Shown piece after piece: positions 30,583 through 39,112 of a stretch of 64,000 bases of DNA. The stretch is from Bacilli bacterium (GTDB taxonomy: Bacteria > Bacillota_I > Bacilli_A > RF39 > UBA660), in NCBI GenBank assembly GCA_045125935.1, contig JBGVNW010000014.1, forward strand, positions 15,649 to 79,648. Direction: 5' to 3'. The translations under genes were made by a program, and so were the position numbers. Every line of letters begins with the position of its first letter. Position 1 is the stretch's first letter. Under the pieces are notes generated by a model, which saw only the letters and a program-made list of their open reading frames with translations, made no database searches and was not told the DNA's origin.

Positions 30583-33072
30583 ATGAATCTTTTAAAAAGA
30601 TTATTCGATCATGAATATAAAGAATTAAAAAGATTTACTGCTTTAGCAGATAAAATTATGAGTTTAGATGAGGAATATTCTAGACTTACAGATACTGAAT
30701 TACAAAACAAAACAGAGGAATTTAGAAAGCGTCTTAATAATGGTGAAACACTAGATGATATAGTGGTAGAAGCTTTTGCGACAGCAAGAGAAGCTGCTTT
30801 TCGTGTTATTGGTGAAAAACATTATTATGTACAAATCCTAGGTGGACTTGCTATTCACTATGGAAATATTGCTGAAATGAAAACTGGTGAAGGAAAGACC
30901 CTAACAAGTGTTTTACCAGCATATTTAAATGCCTTATCAGGAGATGGAGTACACATTATTACTGTCAATGAATACCTTGCAACACGTGATGCAGAGTGGA
31001 TGGGAAGAATTCATGAATTTTTAGGTTTAACTGTTGGTGTTAACACAAGAGATTTATCAGCAAAAGAAAAACAAGCTGCCTATAATTGTGATATTCTATA
31101 TTCAACAAACAATGAGATAGGATTTGATTATTTAAGAGATAATATGGTAGTTCATAAAGAAGATAGAGTTCAAAGAAAACTAAACTTTGCTATTATCGAT
31201 GAGGTTGACTCAGTTTTAATCGATGAGGCTAGAACACCATTAATTATTTCAGGTGGGGAAATGAAAAGCGCCAATTTATATACAGACGCTGATCATTTTG
31301 CAAAGAGTCTAAAAGAAGAACAAGATTATATCTATGATGAAAAAACAAAAAGCGTTAATCTAACTGAAGCAGGTTCAGATAAAGCTGAAAAAGCATTTAA
31401 TATTAAAAACCTTTATGAGATAGATAATGCTTCATTGCTTCACTATATTAATCAAGCTCTAAGAGCTAATTATTCAATGCGAAAAGATGTTGATTATGTA
31501 GTACAAGAAGGTGAAGTAATTATTGTTGACCAATTTACTGGTCGATTAATGAAAGGTAGAGCTTATTCAGATGGTCTACATCAAGCAATTGAAGCTAAAG
31601 AAGGCGTTAGAATTAATCAAGAAACAAAAACTCTAGCAACAATTACTTTCCAAAACTTATTTAGAATGTATAAAAAACTCTCTGGTATGACAGGTACAGC
31701 CAAAACAGAAGAAGAAGAATTTCGTAATATTTACAATATGTATGTTATTGAGATTCCAACAAATAAAGAAGTTATACGTATTGATGCACCAGACCTAGTG
31801 TATGCAACAAAAGAAGCAAAATATAAGGCAATTGTTGAATTTGTAAAAGATAAATATGAAAAAGGACAACCAGTTCTAATTGGTACCATTGCTATCGAAA
31901 GTAGTGAATTAATTAGTAGTTTATTAAAACAAGCTAAAATTCCTCATGAAGTATTAAATGCTAAGAATCATGCACGTGAAGCAGAAATCATTTCAAAGAT
32001 TGGATTAGGAAAATCTGTAACAATCGCAACAAATATGGCCGGACGTGGTACAGATATTAAACTATCTGATGAAATTAAAAATTTAGGTGGTTTGTGCGTA
32101 GTTGGAACAGAAAGACATGAATCCCGTCGTATTGATAATCAGTTAAGAGGTCGTTCTGGTCGTCAAGGAGATCCTGGATACACTCAATTCTTTGTTTCAA
32201 TGAAAGATGATTTGATGGTGCGCTTTGGTTCTGATAGAATTGGCGAAATGATGAATAATATGGGACTTGGAGATCAAGCTATTCAAAGTAAAACATTTAC
32301 TAAATCAATTGGAACAGCACAAAAAAGAGTTGAAGGAAATAACTTTGATGTTCGTAAATCTTTATTACAATATGATGACGTTATGAACAATCAAAGAGAA
32401 ATTATTTATGAAAAGAGAAATAAAATTCTAGATAGTGATTCAATTCATGAAATGGTTCTAAGTACTTTTAGACATCACGTAGAAGACTTAGTAAATTCAC
32501 ATATAGCCCCAGAAGGTTATTTAACTGAAAAAGACTATTCAGAAATAGTAGAGTTTGCTAATGAAAATCTATTAAAACAAGATATAGAAAAAAATTCTGT
32601 TAATGAATTAAGTCCAGAAGATTTAATTGATAAAATAGCAAAACTTGTAATAGAAGAGTATGAGGCAAAATTAGAATCAATTCCATCAGAAGTAACTGCG
32701 GAATTTGAAAAGGTTATAACATTACAAGTGTTAGATAAATATTGGATGGAACATATCAATACAATGTCCCATTTAAGAGAAGGTATCCATTTAAGAGGAT
32801 ATGCCCAAGAAGACCCACTAAGAGCTTATACAATGGAAGGATTCGATTTATTTGATGGAATGCTTCAAAGAATTGATAAAGATGTTTCAATTTTCTTATT
32901 AAAAGCTGAAATAAGACAAAATATAGAAAGAAAAGTAGTTGCAAAAAAACAGATTACTAATGAAAAAGACGAAGGCGTAAAAAAAGCTCCAAAGAAATCA
33001 GAAAAAGTAAGTAGAAATGCACCTTGTCCATGTGGGTCGGGTCGCAAGTATAAGCAGTGTTGTGGCAAATAG
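30583..33072 (+). CDS. secA: Protein translocase subunit SecA
   Basis: MKTGEGKT, DEVDSVLIDEARTP, TNMAGRGTDI, QLRGRSGRQGD, C-terminal SEC-C CPCGSGRKYKQCCG. Confidence 0.99.
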   Translation: MNLLKRLFDHEYKELKRFTALADKIMSLDEEYSRLTDTELQNKTEEFRKRLNNGETLDDIVVEAFATAREAAFRVIGEKHYYVQILGGLAIHYGNIAEMKTGEGKTLTSVLPAYLNALSGDGVHIITVNEYLATRDAEWMGRIHEFLGLTVGVNTRDLSAKEKQAAYNCDILYSTNNEIGFDYLRDNMVVHKEDRVQRKLNFAIIDEVDSVLIDEARTPLIISGGEMKSANLYTDADHFAKSLKEEQDYIYDEKTKSVNLTEAGSDKAEKAFNIKNLYEIDNASLLHYINQALRANYSMRKDVDYVVQEGEVIIVDQFTGRLMKGRAYSDGLHQAIEAKEGVRINQETKTLATITFQNLFRMYKKLSGMTGTAKTEEEEFRNIYNMYVIEIPTNKEVIRIDAPDLVYATKEAKYKAIVEFVKDKYEKGQPVLIGTIAIESSELISSLLKQAKIPHEVLNAKNHAREAEIISKIGLGKSVTIATNMAGRGTDIKLSDEIKNLGGLCVVGTERHESRRIDNQLRGRSGRQGDPGYTQFFVSMKDDLMVRFGSDRIGEMMNNMGLGDQAIQSKTFTKSIGTAQKRVEGNNFDVRKSLLQYDDVMNNQREIIYEKRNKILDSDSIHEMVLSTFRHHVEDLVNSHIAPEGYLTEKDYSEIVEFANENLLKQDIEKNSVNELSPEDLIDKIAKLVIEEYEAKLESIPSEVTAEFEKVITLQVLDKYWMEHINTMSHLREGIHLRGYAQEDPLRAYTMEGFDLFDGMLQRIDKDVSIFLLKAEIRQNIERKVVAKKQITNEKDEGVKKAPKKSEKVSRNAPCPCGSGRKYKQCCGK
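33028..33072 (+). repeat. secA 3'-end repeat, copy 1 (in-gene; att-like)
   Basis: CCATGTGGGTCGGGTCGCAAGTATAAGCAGTGTTGTGGCAAATAG; related copies at 34043 and 36239. Confidence 0.9.
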
Positions 33073-33131
33073 CCCATAAATAAAGGGTTTGTAAGTTTTT
33101 TTCAAAATTCAAAAATGGAAGAAAAATACCA

Positions 33132-33175
33132 TTAGATACGTTTTAGATACGTTTTTACAATTCTATAACGTATCT
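33132..33175 (+). repeat. Arm-like sites, cassette 1 left end
   Basis: TTAGATACGTT x2 (33132, 33143) plus inverted AACGTATCT (33167). Confidence 0.85.
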
Positions 33176-33218
33176 TTTTTTATAGAAATATTATATAATT
33201 AAGATAGGAGTTGATAAT

Positions 33219-33908
33219 ATGAAATTAATATTAAATGGTGGTGGCGTTGGTAATTCAGTAACTTCTGCAAGACAAAAATTAAATGAATTAATTGATCACA
33301 CAAAGAGGTGTTTATATGTTCCGCTAGCGTGGCCAGATAAATCATTTGATGGATGTTTAGAATTTATGACAAATGAATTAAAAGATGTCGATATACCTGG
33401 AATTGATATGATAAAAAGTGGACAAGAATTATATAATAAAAACTTTAATGATTACTCTTTTATCTATATAGGTGGGGGAAATACATTTAGTTTATTAAAA
33501 GATTTAAAAGATAGTGGTTCATTTGAAAAAATAAAGGAATATTTAAAAAATGATGGTATTGTATATGGTGGTTCAGCGGGAGCTATTATATTTGGAAAGG
33601 ATTTAGATTCATGTATAACAGACGATGAAAATGAAGTCCGTTTAACTGAAATATCTGGTTTTGATATGTTAAATGGATATTCTCTATTATGTCATTTTAC
33701 AAATAGAGATGAAACTAGAACTGAAAAAAGTAGGGAATATTTATTAGAATTGTCAAAACAAAAACCGATTTATGCAATACCGGAAGAAGATACAATTTAT
33801 GTGGATGAAACCGGAATTCAATTCATCGGAACAAGACCATATTATATATTTGAACATGGAAATGTTCAGCAGGTAAATTTAGTCGAAGAATCCAAACTAA
33901 AAAGATAA
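33219..33908 (+). CDS. Peptidase E / S51 family (class I GATase-like)
   Basis: IYIGGGNT, YGGSAGA nucleophile elbow, CHF. Confidence 0.85.
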   Translation: MKLILNGGGVGNSVTSARQKLNELIDHTKRCLYVPLAWPDKSFDGCLEFMTNELKDVDIPGIDMIKSGQELYNKNFNDYSFIYIGGGNTFSLLKDLKDSGSFEKIKEYLKNDGIVYGGSAGAIIFGKDLDSCITDDENEVRLTEISGFDMLNGYSLLCHFTNRDETRTEKSREYLLELSKQKPIYAIPEEDTIYVDETGIQFIGTRPYYIFEHGNVQQVNLVEESKLKR

Positions 33909-33910
33909 AT

Positions 33911-33930
33911 TTAGATACGTTTTTAGATAC
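33911..33930 (+). repeat. Arm-like sites, cassette 1 right end
   Basis: TTAGATACGTTT-TTAGATAC starting 2 bp after the cargo stop codon. Confidence 0.85.
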
Positions 33931-34042
33931 AAATTTTAGCACTTATAGAAAAATAATTCATATATTTAGAAATCTTTTTCCAAAAATAAGAAGAAATTAG
34001 CAAAATATAGGAATAAAAATTCAATTTTAAATGAATTAAAGT

Positions 34043-34087
34043 CCATGTGGCAGTGGTAAAAAATATAAGCAGTGTTGTGGTAAATAG
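34043..34087 (+). repeat. secA 3'-end repeat, copy 2
   Basis: CCATGTGGCAGTGGTAAAAAATATAAGCAGTGTTGTGGTAAATAG = PCGSGKKYKQCCGK*, with no upstream secA sequence. Confidence 0.92.
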
Positions 34088-34158
34088 CTTATTTTATAAG
34101 GGTTTGCAAGGATTTGAAAAAGTAAAAAATACGTAAAAAATAGTGATTTTTGTTAAAA

Positions 34159-34200
34159 TGTTTGCAATTTGTTTGCAAACGTATAGAAATCTTGCAAACA
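34159..34200 (+). repeat. Arm-like sites, cassette 2 left end
   Basis: TGTTTGCAATT (34159), TGTTTGCAAAC (34170), inverted TTGCAAACA (34192). Confidence 0.85.
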
Positions 34201-34320
34201 AATAAAAAAATAGTGTATGAAGCTAGTCAATCTGACTGGTTTCTTTTTTATTAAAATCACTATTATTTTGTTTGATTACAAAGGATAGTATGAATGTTTA
34301 TGGTATAATATTTATAGGAG

Positions 34321-35181
34321 TTGATAACAATGTATAACAAAGAAAAATATATTAATAATGTTATTACTAGATTTAGTGGTAATGCAAAAGATATATTATT
34401 AAAACAAATTGACCTGTTTTATAATGCGAATGATGAAATTTCAAAAAATAGATATGATATAGGTGATGATGTTAGATTAAAAAAGGGTACATTTATCCAT
34501 GGTATATTTGGAGAATTAGAAAATTTTGATTTTACGATAGAAAATGGATTTATATCAACTGATTTTACTTCTGAAGCAAGACCTAATAAAATAAATAATA
34601 GTGTTGGTGTGTGGAATATACAAGATGATATGTTGTTAAAAGACTATATCAATCAATATAGTGGATTTACTATTTCATATTCAATTGGTAGAGGCCCAGG
34701 ATCTAAAATAATTAGTAAGTTAATCCCATATCATAAATTTGATGAGATTACTGAAGAAATAAATAATAATGATGAAATATGGTCTTATTGGGGTGAACAA
34801 ACAAAAGAAGTAAGGTTTATTCCTAGTTTAGTTTCTAATAAAAGACAAATAGCTTTTATACTAAATATGGATTCAGACTATGCTAAAAAACTTGCATATA
34901 ATGATGTATGGAACTTAGATTTTGATGAAGAAACTTTAATGTCATTCTTAGATTATAGATATGTTGAAAAATTTATTAATGAAGATAGGGTAAAAAGAGA
35001 TGCGATTACTACTGATAGAGAATCTGCAATTATGTTTGGTTTACCTATAAATTTGGTAGAAGGTGTTTTTATAGGTAGAAAGATAGAAAAAGATAATAAA
35101 GCTTTAGATTACATAAAATCTAAATTACCTGATTGTTATATTTGTAATTTAGATGGTAAGGTAATAGTTAGTAATAAGTAA
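34321..35181 (+). CDS. Hypothetical protein, possible ADP-ribosyltransferase-like fold
   Basis: 286-aa ORF with SD and an extended -10 (TGGTATAAT at 34301); FIHG..IENGF and RE.....LP..LVEGV resemble ART motifs (weak). Confidence 0.6.
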   Translation: MITMYNKEKYINNVITRFSGNAKDILLKQIDLFYNANDEISKNRYDIGDDVRLKKGTFIHGIFGELENFDFTIENGFISTDFTSEARPNKINNSVGVWNIQDDMLLKDYINQYSGFTISYSIGRGPGSKIISKLIPYHKFDEITEEINNNDEIWSYWGEQTKEVRFIPSLVSNKRQIAFILNMDSDYAKKLAYNDVWNLDFDEETLMSFLDYRYVEKFINEDRVKRDAITTDRESAIMFGLPINLVEGVFIGRKIEKDNKALDYIKSKLPDCYICNLDGKVIVSNK

Positions 35182-35211
35182 TTATTAATAGTCTAAAAAA
35201 GGAGGGTTAAA

Positions 35212-36036
35212 ATGTATGCTATAGAAGAATATAATGAAAAAACATTTGAAGATATTAAACACGTTGATGATAGAGGAAATGAATATTGGGAAGCAAGAGA
35301 ATTACAACAGATTTTAGGTTATAAAGAATGGAGATATTTTTCATCAGTTATAGAAAAGGCTCAAGTTGCATGTTCTCAGAGCAATAACAGTATCAATTCC
35401 AATTTTGGTGTAAACACCAAAATAGTAAAAACAGGGGTTTCTTCTAAGACAATTATCGACTATAAATTAAGCCGATATGCTTGCTATTTGATAGTGCAAA
35501 ATGCAAATCCTAAATTTAAGGCAGTAGCTTTAGGACAAACGTATTTTGCAGTTCAAACAAGAAAAATGGAATTGACAGAAGAAGAGTATAGTAAATTAAC
35601 TGAAGATGAAAAAAGATTGTATAGAAGAAAACAAACTAGAGATGGCAACAAAATTTTATATAAAATTGCCAAGGAAAAAGGTGTAAAAAACTTTGATAGA
35701 TTTACGAATGCAGGTTATAAAGGTTTATATAATGGAGAAACAGCAAATGATATAGCAAAAAGAAAAGGATTAAGATATAGAGAAGATATATTAGATAATA
35801 TGGGGAGTGCTGAATTGGGGGCTAACATATTTAGAATAACTCAAACCGAAGCATTATTAGAAAAACAGGAAGAACCTAACGAACAAATTGCAACAAATAC
35901 TCATTATAAGGTAGGAAAGACAGTTAGAAAAGCAATTGAAGAACTAGGCGGGACAATGCCAGAAAATTTACCAACGCCAGAAAAATCTATTAAAGAATTA
36001 GAACGTGAAGAATTATTAAAAATTACAAATAAATAA
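35212..36036 (+). CDS. dinD: DNA damage-inducible protein D (Bro-N-like) family
   Basis: FEDIKH, EYWEARELQ..LGY..W, DYKLSRYACYLIVQN, QTYFAVQTR, ILDNMGS.EL.AN.FRITQ, GGTMPE.LPTP. Confidence 0.9.
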   Translation: MYAIEEYNEKTFEDIKHVDDRGNEYWEARELQQILGYKEWRYFSSVIEKAQVACSQSNNSINSNFGVNTKIVKTGVSSKTIIDYKLSRYACYLIVQNANPKFKAVALGQTYFAVQTRKMELTEEEYSKLTEDEKRLYRRKQTRDGNKILYKIAKEKGVKNFDRFTNAGYKGLYNGETANDIAKRKGLRYREDILDNMGSAELGANIFRITQTEALLEKQEEPNEQIATNTHYKVGKTVRKAIEELGGTMPENLPTPEKSIKELEREELLKITNK

Positions 36037-36076
36037 TATTCTTAGACTAAAATATAATTTTCTTATGGAGGTCGAA

Positions 36077-36116
36077 TGCAAACATTGTTTGCAATTTGTG
36101 TGCAAAAATTGCAAAA
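36077..36116 (+). repeat. Arm-like sites, cassette 2 right end
   Basis: TGCAAACA (inverted, 36077), TGTTTGCAATT (36086), TGTGTGCAAAA (36097), TTGCAAAA (36109). Confidence 0.85.
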
Positions 36117-36238
36117 TGTATAGTAACGATAATACTATATGTACGATATATACCGAATCTTACCAGACATTGTAATACCTAGGAAACCGTATAATACTGT
36201 ATGTATCGCATAGTACTATATATACTAGATTTTGATTA

Positions 36239-36283
36239 CCTTGTGGCAATGGTAAGAAATATAAGCAATGTTGTGGTAAATAA
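36239..36283 (+). repeat. secA 3'-end repeat, copy 3
   Basis: CCTTGTGGCAATGGTAAGAAATATAAGCAATGTTGTGGTAAATAA = PCGNGKKYKQCCGK*. Confidence 0.92.
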
Positions 36284-36337
36284 ATTAAAGCCCTTGAAAT
36301 AAGGGTTTTTTACATACCTGCATACAGACAAAATTTA

Positions 36338-36400
36338 TTAGATACGTTTTTAAATGTGTTCTGAGAGCTTATCTAAAATTATCTGAAATAAATTAGATAC
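36338..36400 (+). repeat. Degraded cassette-1-type arm sites after copy 3
   Basis: TTAGATACGTTT (36338), inverted TATCTAA (36370), TTAGATAC (36393). Confidence 0.65.
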
Positions 36401-36504
36401 AATAAAAATCGATATTTTCAAGGATTCTGGAAGATATGAACCACTACAAATGTGACATTGGTATTTTAGTGGTAATATTGATAAAAATATAATAAAATGA
36501 TACA

Positions 36505-36864
36505 ATGCTTTTGAAAAATAAATATAAGAAACTAAAAGGAGTGTTATTAATTGAAAAAAAGAAAATGCATAAACTAGATTTGATTTTTATAGTTGGAATT
36601 GGTGTTATAGCAATATTAAGTGCATTGATAGATTGTTTCTATGTGAAAGTTTTTCCTGTGTTTTCTATTGTGAGTGTATATTATGTTTCTTATCCTCTAT
36701 TGATTATACTTCTAATATTTTCTTCACTTAAATATAAAGAAAAATAAGACAAGCCAGAATATATTAGATGGTATATGTGTTTTATTTTACCATTTTTACA
36801 TATTGTGTTTATAATAGTTGGCTTTATAATTGGTATACTATTAAAAAATTTCTTTAATCTATAA
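36505..36864 (+). pseudogene. Small membrane protein gene interrupted by an in-frame TAA
   Basis: After TAA 36745-36747 the frame continues 38 codons (DKPEYIRWYMCFILPFLHIVFIIVGFIIGILLKNFFNL) as another TM helix. Confidence 0.5.
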
Positions 36865-36915
36865 TTAACAAACAAGATAGCAATAAGTAATAAAATTGAT
36901 GACAAAGCAAAGAAT

Positions 36916-36949
36916 GAATAGAGTGTATTATATATGTATACTCTATTTT
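36916..36949 (+). terminator. Intrinsic terminator-like hairpin
   Basis: AATAGAGTGTA ... TATACTCTATT followed by a T-run. Confidence 0.55.
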
Positions 36950-37160
36950 TATATGTGAAAAAAAGATAAAGAGAGTGATAAAATGATTAGCATAAAAAAA
37001 GAGAAAACGTATATCAATATTGTTTTAAATTGTGAAAGTTAAATGAAGAATATAAAAGCAACTAAAATTTAATCTTTTAATTTAAAAAATCAAAATATGC
37101 TAAAAGAGTATGCTATAATTAAAATAAGTTTATTAATAATAGTAGTGAGAGGTAATTTTT

Positions 37161-39098
37161 ATGAAAAAAAGTAGATTGATTTTAATTATTACACTAATGT
37201 TAATACCGATGACAGTTTTTGCAAGTTCCTCATCTTCATCAATTGGTATTGATATAGGTATGGCAATTTTTATGGAAGCATTTGTATCAATACACATGTC
37301 AGTATTTGTACTAAAACCATTATCATTAATGTTTGGAAAAGATGATAATAAAAAATTATTCTGGACATTATTTGCGATTAGAGCAGCTGTATTACTGTAT
37401 TTCGATTTTTTTATAACAACAGCAATTGCAATGGTTGATTTCTTTGCCGTATTCATCGGAGCATTTATTGTAGTCCCAATTTGTGCATTAATAACTAAAA
37501 CGCCAATTGATAAAAGAAGCAACCAAGTTATAAGTCAAAGTTCATCAACCGCAAGTAATACTGCAGCAAACAGAGCGATTTCAAATGTGGGAGCACTTGT
37601 TTTAAAGTGTACAAAATGTGGTTCGACTCTAAAAGTAACAGATAAATTTTGTGGAAATTGCGGCTCACCATTTAGTGGAAATAATGTAACAGTTACTGGT
37701 CAAATACAACCAAAGGTTTCCGTTTTACCTAGCAATTTTGACTCAATGTACAGATTATCAGAAGAAGCTATGGTTGAAGAATATATAAATCGTCAATTAG
37801 CCAAAGCCGGTGTTGAACAAGGAACTAATTTAATTCCAAGCGAAATCCTAAAAAGAAAAAAAGTCCTAAATATAATTTTCTCTTTGTTAGTATTCGTATT
37901 TGTATCATTGATATTTTTCCACTTTCCTATCTATACATATATTCTAGGAATAATAATTTTATTCATTTTCTATAGAACAACAAGAAAATATAGTTTTATT
38001 AAATACCTAAAAAAAGAAATAAAATCTCGACCTAGTGAAAAAATTTCTAATATCATAATGATGACTAAATCAACACTTATTCCTGATAATAGTAAAACTG
38101 CATTTATTATTAGTACTTGCGTAGCAATTATACTACCATTAATAATCTTTATGAATCCAAGAATACTATACGAAAAAACAGATAACGGATATGGAGTTAG
38201 ATTTTATACATTTGGTATAACAAATTTTACTTCCGCAACAATACCATCAACATATAAAAATGAAAAAGTAGTTAGTCTTAGAGGAAATACATTTTCCAAT
38301 ATGTTCCTTTTAGAAGAAGTAACATTACCAGATACAATTACTGAAATAAGGGGTCAAGCATTTAAAAATAATATAAAACTAACTAAAGTAAATATGCCAA
38401 GTAATCTAGAATATTTAGGAGGAGGAGCTTTTTATAATTGTACATCTCTAACTTCAATAACTATTCCAGACACAGTAACATACATTGGTGGAGAAACTTT
38501 TTACAACGCAACAGCATTAGAACGTATTACTTTATCTAATAACATAACAGAAATAAGAGGAAATACATTCGAAAATTGCAGTTCACTAGAATCAATAACT
38601 ATTCCAGATACAGTAACAAGAATAGGAGGACATGCCTTCTATGGATGTAGTTCATTAAGTGAAGCCGTATTTACTGAAAATAGTTTATTAAAAGAAATTG
38701 GTTCATCTGCATTTAGACAATGTAGTAAACTATATACCATAACTTTACCAAATAATATTTATATAAATGAAAGAGCTTTTAAAGAAAGTCCAACACAGAT
38801 AAAATATTTTAATACAGATACTAAAAATGATTTATCAAGACACGTTATGACAATTAAAAATGATGGAATAACAAGTAGTATTACTCTTCCTAATCAAGAA
38901 ATAACATATTTATCAATTACAAATGCTGAACTAATAGATGGATATTTACATCTAACTTTAAATTTAAGTGGCGCAATAAATCAAACAGTTGAATTAGTAT
39001 GTGATGGTTCCACTACATACATAAATGATTATTTTTACATTGTTACATACAAATATACATATAAAGCAGTAACAACTACATTTAGTTTCTATTACTAA
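37161..39098 (+). CDS. Membrane protein with Zn ribbon and BspA/TpLRR-type leucine-rich repeats
   Basis: Signal peptide/TMs, CTKCG...FCGNCG, repeated L.SITIPDTVT.IG..AFY.C units. Confidence 0.85.
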   Translation: MKKSRLILIITLMLIPMTVFASSSSSSIGIDIGMAIFMEAFVSIHMSVFVLKPLSLMFGKDDNKKLFWTLFAIRAAVLLYFDFFITTAIAMVDFFAVFIGAFIVVPICALITKTPIDKRSNQVISQSSSTASNTAANRAISNVGALVLKCTKCGSTLKVTDKFCGNCGSPFSGNNVTVTGQIQPKVSVLPSNFDSMYRLSEEAMVEEYINRQLAKAGVEQGTNLIPSEILKRKKVLNIIFSLLVFVFVSLIFFHFPIYTYILGIIILFIFYRTTRKYSFIKYLKKEIKSRPSEKISNIIMMTKSTLIPDNSKTAFIISTCVAIILPLIIFMNPRILYEKTDNGYGVRFYTFGITNFTSATIPSTYKNEKVVSLRGNTFSNMFLLEEVTLPDTITEIRGQAFKNNIKLTKVNMPSNLEYLGGGAFYNCTSLTSITIPDTVTYIGGETFYNATALERITLSNNITEIRGNTFENCSSLESITIPDTVTRIGGHAFYGCSSLSEAVFTENSLLKEIGSSAFRQCSKLYTITLPNNIYINERAFKESPTQIKYFNTDTKNDLSRHVMTIKNDGITSSITLPNQEITYLSITNAELIDGYLHLTLNLSGAINQTVELVCDGSTTYINDYFYIVTYKYTYKAVTTTFSFYY

Positions 39099-39112
39099 TT
39101 AACGGGGGATTT

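Larger units (their letters stand above)
33028..34087 (+). mobile_element. Putative non-autonomous integrative cassette 1 at the secA 3' end (1015-bp unit)
   Basis: Bounded by secA-end copies; TTAGATACGTT arm-like repeats at both ends; one cargo gene and no integrase. Confidence 0.7.
34043..36283 (+). mobile_element. Putative non-autonomous integrative cassette 2 (2196-bp unit)
   Basis: Bounded by secA-end copies 2 and 3; TGTTTGCAA repeats at both ends; two cargo genes and no integrase. Confidence 0.7.

Noticed and set aside
33028..36283. Three 45-bp repeats as a CRISPR array or classical integron attC sites
   Set aside because: Spacing is 1-2.2 kb and gene-bearing, the repeats encode the SecA tail, no cas or intI gene is visible, and there is no GTTRRRY/RYYYAAC palindrome.
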